From Deltaproteobacteria bacterium (GTDB taxonomy: Bacteria; Desulfobacterota; Dissulfuribacteria; Dissulfuribacterales; UBA3076), in assembly GCA_003194495.1 (NCBI GenBank), contig PQXE01000004.1, positions 2,994 to 66,993 on the forward strand: a stretch of 64,000 nucleotides of DNA, given 5' to 3'. Each line of letters opens with the position of its first letter. Within the stretch, counting starts at the first letter, position 1. The notes under the pieces are model-generated. The model was not told where the DNA came from. It did no database searches and worked only from the letters and a program-made list of their open reading frames with translations. A program made the position numbers and the translations under genes. Shown here in pieces: positions 44,507-52,116 of the stretch.

Positions 44507-45934
44507 ATGCTCCAAAGAAACTTTCCCAGATTAGTTGTCGCGGGCCTTAAGGGCGGAGCAGGAAAAACCGTTGCCTCTTTAGGACTGGTTCGGGCCTGGC
44601 AGAAACAAGGCCTTCGAATAATTCCTTTTAAAAAAGGCCCTGATTATATCGATGCCGGCTGGCTCTCACAGGCTGCCAAAAGGCCCTGCTACAACCTGGA
44701 CCCTTTCCTTATGTCCAGGGAAATTATCCGAAAGTCCTTTGCCTTCAGAGCAAAAAATGCTGATATCAGTGTAATAGAAGGTAATCGTGGTCTTTTTGAC
44801 GGCGTAGATGAGTCCGGTTCAAGTAGCACGGCAGAACTTGCCAAGTGGATAGATGCCCCTGTTGTCCTGGTTTTGGACTGCACCAAAATGACAAGAACAG
44901 CCGCAGCCCTTGTCCTGGGCTGTCAGGGGCTTGATCCGGGACTTCGTGTTGAGGGAGTGATACTCAACCATGTAGCCGGATTGCGCCATGAAACAATTGT
45001 CAGGCAATCTGTGGAAAAATACACAGGCATTTCCGTACTCGGTGCCCTGCCAAGGATGAAAGGTGATCCTATCCCCATGCGCCATCTTGGTGTAACTCCG
45101 TGGGAAGAACACCCGGAGGCCGCCGAGGCCCTGGACCGGCTGGGCCGGATGGTGACAGAATCAGTGGATATGCATGCATTAGCAAAGATCGCTGATCAGA
45201 GCGGAGAATGGAAGTTTGGCAGTATGGATGCCGTGGAACTATTTCCTGGTGCAGAAGAAATCCCTTTGTCACAAGCGCCGCTTGTGGGTGTGCTCCGGGA
45301 CGGGGCCTTTCAATTCTATTACCCTGAAAACCTTGAAGCCCTGGAGAAAGCCGGGGCAAAACTCATATTCCTGGATTCCCTTCAAGGTGGCGGATTGCCG
45401 GAACTCGATGCACTATATATAGGAGGTGGGTTCCCTGAAACACAGGCTGCCCGCCTCTCAGCTAATGAAGCCATGAGGAGGGATCTCTATCAGGCTATAC
45501 ATCGCGGACTTCCTGTCTATGCAGAGTGCGGAGGCCTGATGTATCTAGGCAGGCAACTTGTCTGGCAAGGGCGGACCTATCCTATGGCAGGGGCCATTGG
45601 TTGGGATTTTGTTGTCGGTGAAAAGCCGGTCGGCCATGGCTACAGCGCCCTGGAAGTTGTCTCCCAAAACCCCTTTTATGATATAGGGACAATATTGCGG
45701 GGCCATGAATTCCATTACTCCAGACCGGTCCTGGCGGACAAAGAAAAATCAGGAAAACTAAGCTGCCGTGTAGTAAGGGGACATGGCTTTGACGGACAAC
45801 TTGAAGGAATAACGTTTAAAAATATCTTTGGGACCTATACACACATCCACGCCCTTGAACGCCCTGAATGGGCCACCCGCCTGGTTAAGATCGCTATTGA
45901 ATATCGGGCATCCTTAACGACAGGTCAAAAGTAG
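44507..45934 (+). CDS. CobB/CbiA-family a,c-diamide synthase paralogue; DsrN (sirohaem amidase) candidate
   Basis: Atypical P-loop AGLKGGAGKT, FKKGPDYID, and a C-terminal GATase-like ECGGLMYL. The start is moved to MLQRNF, 4 nt after the rSAM stop. It lies beside the dsr cluster. Confidence 0.6.
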   Translation: MLQRNFPRLVVAGLKGGAGKTVASLGLVRAWQKQGLRIIPFKKGPDYIDAGWLSQAAKRPCYNLDPFLMSREIIRKSFAFRAKNADISVIEGNRGLFDGVDESGSSSTAELAKWIDAPVVLVLDCTKMTRTAAALVLGCQGLDPGLRVEGVILNHVAGLRHETIVRQSVEKYTGISVLGALPRMKGDPIPMRHLGVTPWEEHPEAAEALDRLGRMVTESVDMHALAKIADQSGEWKFGSMDAVELFPGAEEIPLSQAPLVGVLRDGAFQFYYPENLEALEKAGAKLIFLDSLQGGGLPELDALYIGGGFPETQAARLSANEAMRRDLYQAIHRGLPVYAECGGLMYLGRQLVWQGRTYPMAGAIGWDFVVGEKPVGHGYSALEVVSQNPFYDIGTILRGHEFHYSRPVLADKEKSGKLSCRVVRGHGFDGQLEGITFKNIFGTYTHIHALERPEWATRLVKIAIEYRASLTTGQK

Positions 45935-46114
45935 TTTACACTTTGTTCGTCTTGTGTTTTGCCGGTGAAATTTGAAACTGGAAATTGGAAAAAATACAAA
46001 GATATAGATGCGTTACCTAATTTCAAGTTTCAAATTTCCAGTTTCGACATCGACATTCAATTCGATAATAAACGCTTTTTCGAAAAAAGTGTAAACCAGT
46101 GGATAAAGGATGCC
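45907..46114. repeat. Nested-palindrome element, copy 4; its left end supplies the last 9 codons of the CbiA/DsrN-like gene
   Basis: ggcatccttaacgacaggtcaaaagtagtttacac ... aaaaaagtgtaaaccagtggataaaggatgcc. The core hairpin is built of GAAATTT/GAAACTG heptamers. Confidence 0.8.
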
Positions 46115-46227
46115 AAATATTTCACAAACGGGGTTGACAAAAAGAACGCCGATCGTCTATATGAACGACCAAGTAATTAAATGCCAAGAGATGTGGGCTT
46201 ACTGATTATCATAAAAAGGAGGAAGTT

Positions 46228-46419
46228 ATGTTTGAGGTTACCATTGATTTTGATAAGTGCCAAGGCGACGAGGAGTGTGTGGGCAACTGTCCGTCTGAAG
46301 TATTTGACTGGGACGAAGAGGCTGAAAGGCCAATAATCGCCAGGATGGATGACTGTTTGGGCTGTGAGACCTGTGTAGAGGTCTGTGAAGCGGGCGCAAT
46401 CACCGTTGAGGAAGTCTAG
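46228..46419 (+). CDS. Small ferredoxin
   Basis: 63 aa with CQGDEECVGNCP and CLGCETCVEVC motifs. AGGAGG SD. Confidence 0.85.
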   Translation: MFEVTIDFDKCQGDEECVGNCPSEVFDWDEEAERPIIARMDDCLGCETCVEVCEAGAITVEEV

Positions 46420-46450
46420 CGCAATCTAAACGTCAAATTTTATCAAAAAA

Positions 46451-46478
46451 AGGATAGCCATTGGCTATCCTTTTTTTG
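46451..46478. terminator. Bidirectional rho-independent terminator (ferredoxin / ribF)
   Basis: aggatagcca-t-tggctatcct with an A-run before and a T7 run after. Confidence 0.75.
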
Positions 46479-46540
46479 TTGGATGGCCTGTGGTTGGGCA
46501 GGCACGCAGGCCGATGATGGGCAGGCACATAGGCCTGCCC

Positions 46541-47485
46541 CTACATGTTGTTTTTCTCTTTGGCAAGGACGAGACGAGCTGCCTCCGCATCCTTTGTGAT
46601 CTGTCCGGCCAGTTCCTTCGGCCCGGAAAATTTTTTTTCGTCCCTCAATCGCTGAATAAAATCCAATTTAATCGGGTGACCGTAGATATCCTTTTCAAAG
46701 TCGAATATGTGGACCTCGGCCCCCAGATCCTGTCCGCCAAATGTGGGATTGTACCCGATATTCATCACCCCTCCATAGCACTGGTCTTGATAAATAACCT
46801 GGACTACATAGACCCCCGGTTTGGGACATAGGTCCTCCTTGTCAATGCGCAGGTTGGCCGTGGGAAAACCTACGACCGGACCGCCTCGATGTATTCCTTC
46901 CTGTACGATTCCATGAATCTGATAATACCTTCCAAGGAGAAGCCGGACCTGTTTCATCTCGCCCAGGGTTACATGTTCCCTGACATTAGTGCTGCTGGCC
47001 ACCATGCCTTCCACAGAAACAGGGGAAATAACATGTACGCTAAATCCAAGCTCTGATCCCATGGCCTGGAGTAAAGATATATTTCCCTGTCGGCCCTTGC
47101 CAAAGGCATAATCATAACCCACGACCAGGTCCTCCACCCCTATAGTCCGGTAAAGTATTTTATTAACAAAATCGTGAGCGGACGTACCCGCAAGCTCTTT
47201 GGTAAAGGGTAAACAGACCAGGTGTTCAATTCCAGCCTCAGCTATCAGCTCCACCTTATGGTCCATGGTTGAAATAAGTTTTGGTGGATTTTGAGGCCTT
47301 AAGACCTTCATGGGATGAGGCTCAAAGGTAAGGGCTACCGTGTCCCCGTTTCTTGGCCCTGCAAGTTCCACTACCCGGCGAAAAAGGGCCTGATGCCCCA
47401 GATGTACTCCGTCAAAGTTACCTATGGTCAGTGCAGGCCGATGAAATAATTTTTTAATCTCGTGCAGACCTTTGTAAACATTCAT
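46541..47485 (-). CDS. ribF: Bifunctional riboflavin kinase / FAD synthetase
   Basis: ALTIGNFDGVHLGHQAL, GFPTANL and a riboflavin kinase C-terminus. Confidence 0.9.
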   Translation of the reverse strand: MNVYKGLHEIKKLFHRPALTIGNFDGVHLGHQALFRRVVELAGPRNGDTVALTFEPHPMKVLRPQNPPKLISTMDHKVELIAEAGIEHLVCLPFTKELAGTSAHDFVNKILYRTIGVEDLVVGYDYAFGKGRQGNISLLQAMGSELGFSVHVISPVSVEGMVASSTNVREHVTLGEMKQVRLLLGRYYQIHGIVQEGIHRGGPVVGFPTANLRIDKEDLCPKPGVYVVQVIYQDQCYGGVMNIGYNPTFGGQDLGAEVHIFDFEKDIYGHPIKLDFIQRLRDEKKFSGPKELAGQITKDAEAARLVLAKEKNNM

Positions 47486-47568
47486 TTCAAATCTTCTTCA
47501 GTTTGTGGTTGCAGCCTTTGCTCCAGACACTAATTTACTATTTGGTCAGCAGACAGTACAATGGCCCC

Positions 47569-47597
47569 TTGACAAGTGCAAGCACTGTCTATTTAAT
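47569..47597 (+). promoter_or_regulatory. Sigma70-type promoter of tRNA-Leu
   Basis: TTGACA, a 17-nt spacer, then TTTAAT, ending 12 nt before the tRNA 5' end. Confidence 0.55.
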
Positions 47598-47609
47598 GAT
47601 CATCGCTCA

Positions 47610-47698
47610 GCCGAAGTGGCGGAATTGGTAGACGCGCTAGATTCAGGATCTAGTGGACAGTATTATCCGTGGGAGTTCGAATCTCCCCTTCGGCACCA
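47610..47698 (+). tRNA. tRNA-Leu (anticodon CAG), CCA encoded
   Basis: Acceptor GCCGAAG / CTTCGGC, anticodon arm ctaga-ttCAGga-tctag, long variable arm, and T-arm gggag-ttcgaat-ctccc. Confidence 0.9.
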
Positions 47699-47745
47699 CC
47701 TAATCAGTGTCTGAACGGAAAAGCAATTCAGGCACAATTTTGAAT

Positions 47746-48078
47746 TTAGGATTTTGAATTTAGGATTGCTGATTTTTGAACGGAATTATTTCCTGTCTTT
47801 CCGTTTATTTTTTGACGCAGCACTCCGGACGGCCGGAAAGTCACGACTCTTCGAGGTTCAAGAATCAGGTCCTCTCCTGTATGTGGGTTTCTGCCACGTC
47901 TGGACCTCTTATCCTTGACAGAAAATTTACCAAAACCGCTAACAAGAACGTTCTCTCCTGCCTCAAGACGATCTTTAATGATCTTGAGCAAGCTCTCTAC
48001 GGCTTGAGCAGACTCTATTTTGCTCAGTTTTTTACTTCTATATATACGACTTACAAGATCTGCCTTAGTTAAGGTCAT
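47746..48078 (-). CDS. HU/IHF-family DNA-binding protein with a repeat-encoded C-terminal tail
   Basis: MTLTKADLVSRIY...GFGKFSVKDKRSRRGRNPHTGEDLILEPRRVVTFRPS. The last roughly 12 codons lie in AATTCAAAATCCTAAATTC repeats. Confidence 0.8.
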   Translation of the reverse strand: MTLTKADLVSRIYRSKKLSKIESAQAVESLLKIIKDRLEAGENVLVSGFGKFSVKDKRSRRGRNPHTGEDLILEPRRVVTFRPSGVLRQKINGKTGNNSVQKSAILNSKS

Positions 48079-48218
48079 ATTGAGACACCCTCCTCTCAAA
48101 ACACATAAGATAAATCTCAGGAACTTGTTACAAATTTCAAAATATTAATACGTTAAAGAAAAAAACCCATTAAGTCAAGAAGATAAGCGCCTATAAAAAA
48201 GATATCTCCAAAATTCTT

Positions 48219-48917
48219 TTACTGCGTATCGTTCAAGCTATCAACCATAGCCCTCAAGTCATCAAGAGGTATTTGCCCTGGAGCAGCCTCATGACCCCTG
48301 GCTGGAGACGCATATGTCAGATAAGCCCCCAACGCCAGGCAGGCCAGCCTGCTCATCTTTCCAAAAGGCCCCATACAGAAAGCTATTAAAGGAACCCCCT
48401 CATCCAGGGCCTTAAAATACAGCGAAAAAACCTTCAAGACATCCTGTGGACCCGCAGCCATAGTGACTATCTTCCCAATGTCCGCCCCGGCCTGTCTTTC
48501 CGAATCAAACACTTCGATCAGTTTTTCCTTTGCTGAAGTGCAGGAAAAATCATGATAGGAAATTATGAGCTTTGTCCCGGCTTCACGAACTTTTTTTACT
48601 ATAGTGTCCCTTAAGGCCGGAGCTGTTCTGAGTTCAATATCAACATAATCCGCCCCTGCTGATATGGCCTTTTCCAAAAGGCCGGTTCGCTCCTCTTCCG
48701 GACCTGAAAAAAGACCTCCTTCTGCCGAGGATCTATTAGTAAAAATAAAGGGGCAAGGGCGGTCTTTTATTAAACTCACAAAATCCAGAGATTCCGCATC
48801 TGCAAGAGCATCCAGACGAACTTCAGCCATATCGGCTTTTGCCGCCACCTGTTGCAGACGCTTTAGCAGGGCGTCACATGTAAGTTCAGCCAGGGAGACA
48901 CAGATCATGCGAGACAA
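48219..48917 (-). CDS. aroD: Type I 3-dehydroquinate dehydratase
   Basis: 232 aa with AEVRLD, ADYVDIEL and SYHDF motifs. Confidence 0.75.
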   Translation of the reverse strand: MSRMICVSLAELTCDALLKRLQQVAAKADMAEVRLDALADAESLDFVSLIKDRPCPFIFTNRSSAEGGLFSGPEEERTGLLEKAISAGADYVDIELRTAPALRDTIVKKVREAGTKLIISYHDFSCTSAKEKLIEVFDSERQAGADIGKIVTMAAGPQDVLKVFSLYFKALDEGVPLIAFCMGPFGKMSRLACLALGAYLTYASPARGHEAAPGQIPLDDLRAMVDSLNDTQ

Positions 48918-48928
48918 TCACCAAATCA

Positions 48929-49546
48929 CTAAATAAAATATGTGTCCTTCCGGGGATCGATTCCCTCCAGATAGCCGGCAATGGCCCTATCATACTTATT
49001 TGTTGTAATAAAAACCTTCCTGGCCAGTTCAAAACGTGTGGTCAGTGTAGTGGCTCCGTCATTGGCCTTCATTTCTCCAAACACCTTTGAATAATCAGAT
49101 GGATCTACAACCACGGTCACATACCGGAAATTCTTTGCAGAAGAACGAAGCAGGGTCGGCCCTCCGATATCAATATTCTCAATGGCGTCAGCCAAACTCA
49201 CACCTTCTTTAGCCACGGTTTTTTCAAAGGCATAAAGATTTACCACTACCATATCAATAGAAGGAATAGCATGATCTTCCATCTGTTGCATATGGTTAGC
49301 ATTGTCACGAAGAGCCAGGATGCCCCCATGGACCATAGGGTGTAAAGTCTTCACCCGGCCATCCATCATCTCCGGGAAACCGGTAAGATCTGAAACATCC
49401 TTTACAGAAACACCCGCCTCTCTTATTACTTGCGCCGTACCACCGGTAGATACGATCTCTACACCCATATCCTCAAGTTCTTTAGCCAATTCCGGCACAC
49501 CTGCTTTATCAGTTACGCTAATGAGTGCCCTTTTTATTTTTGTCAT
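48929..49546 (-). CDS. Stand-alone IMP cyclohydrolase (PurH N-terminal MGS-like domain only)
   Basis: [12 protein letters not shown]...STGGTA...[15 protein letters not shown], ending after about 200 aa with no AICAR formyltransferase domain. Confidence 0.75.
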   Translation of the reverse strand: MTKIKRALISVTDKAGVPELAKELEDMGVEIVSTGGTAQVIREAGVSVKDVSDLTGFPEMMDGRVKTLHPMVHGGILALRDNANHMQQMEDHAIPSIDMVVVNLYAFEKTVAKEGVSLADAIENIDIGGPTLLRSSAKNFRYVTVVVDPSDYSKVFGEMKANDGATTLTTRFELARKVFITTNKYDRAIAGYLEGIDPRKDTYFI

Positions 49547-49621
49547 ATGTATTGACCGCCTTTATTGCTTGAATTCTAAAAAAGATATTAACAAAATTGA
49601 GCTATTAGCTTAATATCGGTA

Positions 49622-49698
49622 TGGTCGGGACGAGAGGATTTGAACCTCCGACCCCAGCGTCCCGAACGCTGTGCTCTACCAGACTGAGCCACGTCCCG
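49622..49698 (-). tRNA. tRNA-Pro (anticodon CGG), CCA encoded
   Basis: The minus strand reads cgggacg-tg-gctcagtctggtagagc-a-cagcg-ttCGGga-cgctg-gggtc-ggagg-ttcaaat-cctct-cgtcccg-a-cca. Confidence 0.9.
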
Positions 49699-49862
49699 AC
49701 CGAAGATCTATTCCATATATTCGCCAAGCCGGACCTTGTCAACAGGAGCATCTGCTGATATCAGGGTAGTAAGTATCTTGACTATACTACATGCACCGGA
49801 AGCAATCTACGCTTTTCCAAAAATGGGGCGGCTTTTTTGTGGCCATGAAGGAGATGAGGCTT

Positions 49863-50213
49863 ATGAAGATTGAGTCATATCGCTTTGGTGAAATAGTAAT
49901 TGATGGAATACGTTATACAAAGGACCTGAAAATTATTAGAAGAAAGGCCTTTGACAACTGGTGGAGGTCCCAGGGACATACCCTTCAACTCTCTGATATC
50001 CTGGATGTTGTAGATGCAAAACCCGGTACCCTGATAGTCGGAACAGGTGCCTACGGCAAAATGGTTCTAGGTTCCGGGCTTTCGGAGGAACTCGCGGCTA
50101 AGGGCATCCACATTGAAGCCCTTCCCACTGAACCCGCCATACAGAGATTCAATGAACTGGTATCGCAACTTGGACACGAGACTGTTGCCTTTGCAGTTCA
50201 CCTCACATGCTAG
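49863..50213 (+). CDS. Mth938-like (DUF498) domain protein
   Basis: MKIESYRFGEIVIDGIRYTKDLKII...LIVGTGAYGKM. AAGGAG lies 9 nt before the ATG at 49863. Confidence 0.65.
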   Translation: MKIESYRFGEIVIDGIRYTKDLKIIRRKAFDNWWRSQGHTLQLSDILDVVDAKPGTLIVGTGAYGKMVLGSGLSEELAAKGIHIEALPTEPAIQRFNELVSQLGHETVAFAVHLTC

Positions 50214-51697
50214 GGCCTCTTGCACACCGATCTCCTGATTCTCCCCTTCCGGGTATTGTAATTGCCGGCTCACACAGCGGCTGCGGGAAAACAACAGTTA
50301 CCCTTGCCATAATGACGGCACTGAAAAAAAGAGGCCTTAAGGTGGCTCCTTTTAAGGTTGGCCCTGACTTTATTGATCCAGGACACCACGCCTCAGTGTG
50401 CGGATGCCCTTCTCACAACCTTGACGGGTGGATTTTAAATAAATCTTCAGTGCAGGAGTTGTACTCGCAGTATTGTGCCGGGGCGGATGTTTCAGTTATT
50501 GAGGGGGTAATGGGCCTATTTGATGGTGCCGGAGGAACTTCTGAATCAGGTTCTACTGCAGAAATCGCAAAGTGGCTGGATCTGCCTGTTCTATTGATAG
50601 TGGATGTGCTTGGTATGGCAAGGAGTGTGGTCGCGCTGGTCAAGGGCTATCTTGAATTCGACAGCGGCTTACGCTTTGCCGGAGTAGTCCTTAATAAAAC
50701 GGGAAGTAAAAGGCATGCTGCGCTTTTGAAAGTAGCGCTGTCTCCTCTGGGACTGTCATGGACCGGCGCCCTGTTTCGTAATCAGGACTTGCAACTTCCA
50801 TCAAGACATCTGGGACTCATAACTGCGGAAGAAGGCGGTCTTGAAGCAAAACAAGCAGACCTTTTTAGGAGCTGGTTTGAAAAAGGCTGCGATTTAAATT
50901 TATTACTAAAGACAATCCGGCAAAACAGGAAAGACATACGTCCGGCTGATCAAACCGAAACAATAAAACGCCCCGGCATTTCCCTTTCGCGTCCGGTGCG
51001 TATTGCAGTGGCAAAGGATGAGGCCTTTTGTTTTTATTATCAGGCAAATCTTGACATTCTTGAAAGATTCGGTGCGGAAATCGTGTTTTTCTCGCCCCTT
51101 AGAGATCATTCCCTGCCTCCTGTAATACAGGGGCTTTATCTTGGAGGTGGATACCCTGAACTGCACGCCCAAGCCCTCTCAACAAACAGGGAACTTCGAG
51201 AGGAAATACTGACCAAAGCCCGGGGAAATCTCCCTATCTATGCAGAATGCGGGGGCTTTCTGTACCTGTGCCGGGGCTTGGCTCAAAAAGAAAATCCAAG
51301 GCCGGCACATCCCTGGGTCGGCCTGTTCCCTTTTATGGTAAATATGCAGAAAAGGCGCTGTGCTCTTGGCTACAGAAAAATCATTTTAAAAAAAGATACT
51401 ATACTCGGCCCGGCAGGCACAAAAATTAGAGGACACGAATTCCATTATTCCAATTTACTTGAGCCGATTTCTCAGGATAAATCAATAATCCGTATCTACG
51501 AGGTCAGAAATGCCGGTGACAACCTTCTTGCCCCTGAAGGTTACACATGGAACAACACGCTTGCCGGCTATATACATCTACATTTTGGAAGTTGCCCCGA
51601 TGCTGCCAAGAACTTCGTAGCTGAAGCGCAACGGCATTTTGTTCGTAACCGTTCAGGGTTCACAGGTTCATGGTTCACCGAAGATCAGAATCGTTGA
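50207..51697 (+). CDS. cbiA: Cobyrinate a,c-diamide synthase family protein (second paralogue)
   Basis: Canonical AGSHSGCGKTTVT P-loop, FKVGPDFID, and the GATase motif ECGGFLYL. The start overlaps the upstream stop (ATGCTAG). The C-terminal FVRNRSGFTGSWFTEDQNR is encoded by GGTTCA heptamers. Confidence 0.7.
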   Translation: MLGPLAHRSPDSPLPGIVIAGSHSGCGKTTVTLAIMTALKKRGLKVAPFKVGPDFIDPGHHASVCGCPSHNLDGWILNKSSVQELYSQYCAGADVSVIEGVMGLFDGAGGTSESGSTAEIAKWLDLPVLLIVDVLGMARSVVALVKGYLEFDSGLRFAGVVLNKTGSKRHAALLKVALSPLGLSWTGALFRNQDLQLPSRHLGLITAEEGGLEAKQADLFRSWFEKGCDLNLLLKTIRQNRKDIRPADQTETIKRPGISLSRPVRIAVAKDEAFCFYYQANLDILERFGAEIVFFSPLRDHSLPPVIQGLYLGGGYPELHAQALSTNRELREEILTKARGNLPIYAECGGFLYLCRGLAQKENPRPAHPWVGLFPFMVNMQKRRCALGYRKIILKKDTILGPAGTKIRGHEFHYSNLLEPISQDKSIIRIYEVRNAGDNLLAPEGYTWNNTLAGYIHLHFGSCPDAAKNFVAEAQRHFVRNRSGFTGSWFTEDQNR

Positions 51698-51844
51698 TTT
51701 GTGAGTTCTTAACCCACAATCTTCTTGCAAAAAACCCTTTATTTGGCTAAGAATTCCATGTCCTCAACAAATAAATTGATTATACTGCAAAAAGTCTGAA
51801 ACATGATTCCGCTCAAAAAGCCCGAGATGTATCCCTTTATAGGC

Positions 51845-52047
51845 AATGTTGAATTGTGAATGCTGAATTGTGGAAGAAAATTTAAAAAATATATACCGAG
51901 GTACTTGCAAAAATGCAAAAATTGCACCTCGCTTCAAATCGAGCATAATAATTTCAGTAGGTTATATATGTCTTGATAATAGAAAAGTGCAAAAATTGCA
52001 TTTTTGCAAGAGGCTCTACCTTAATTCAAAATTCAGCATTCAACATT
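51845..52047. repeat. AATTCAGCATTCA-arm element, long copy carrying a nested insertion
   Basis: The outer arms aatgttgaattgtgaatgctgaattgtggaag / cttaattcaaaattcagcattcaacatt match the reverse complement of 25117-25197. Confidence 0.85.
51898..52016. mobile_element. 119-bp MITE-like insertion with about 30-bp terminal inverted repeats and a 4-bp TACC target-site duplication
   Basis: TIRs are gaggtacttgcaaaaatgcaaaaattgcac and gtgcaaaaattgcatttttgcaagaggctc. TACC lies at 51894-51897 and 52017-52020. The paralogous copy at 25117-25197 reads atatataccttaattc uninterrupted. Confidence 0.7.
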
Positions 52048-52116
52048 TATTGTATTGTGCGCCGCAGATTGGATTTTTTCAGCGGAATCATAAATTAAAA
52101 TAGGAGATTTCTGACT

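Noticed and set aside
45959-46180. 73-aa ORF with a TTG start
   Set aside because: It spans the core of nested-palindrome copy 4. The sequence is AT-rich and low complexity with no SD, and the copies at other loci do not keep an ORF.
47500-49800. Integrated element next to tRNA-Leu and tRNA-Pro
   Set aside because: There is no integrase, no attachment-site duplication of the tRNA 3' ends, and no phage-like genes. The flanking genes are housekeeping.
51739-52103. Several 60-77-aa ORFs on both strands
   Set aside because: All lie within the AATTCAG element and its nested insertion. They have no SD or coding periodicity.
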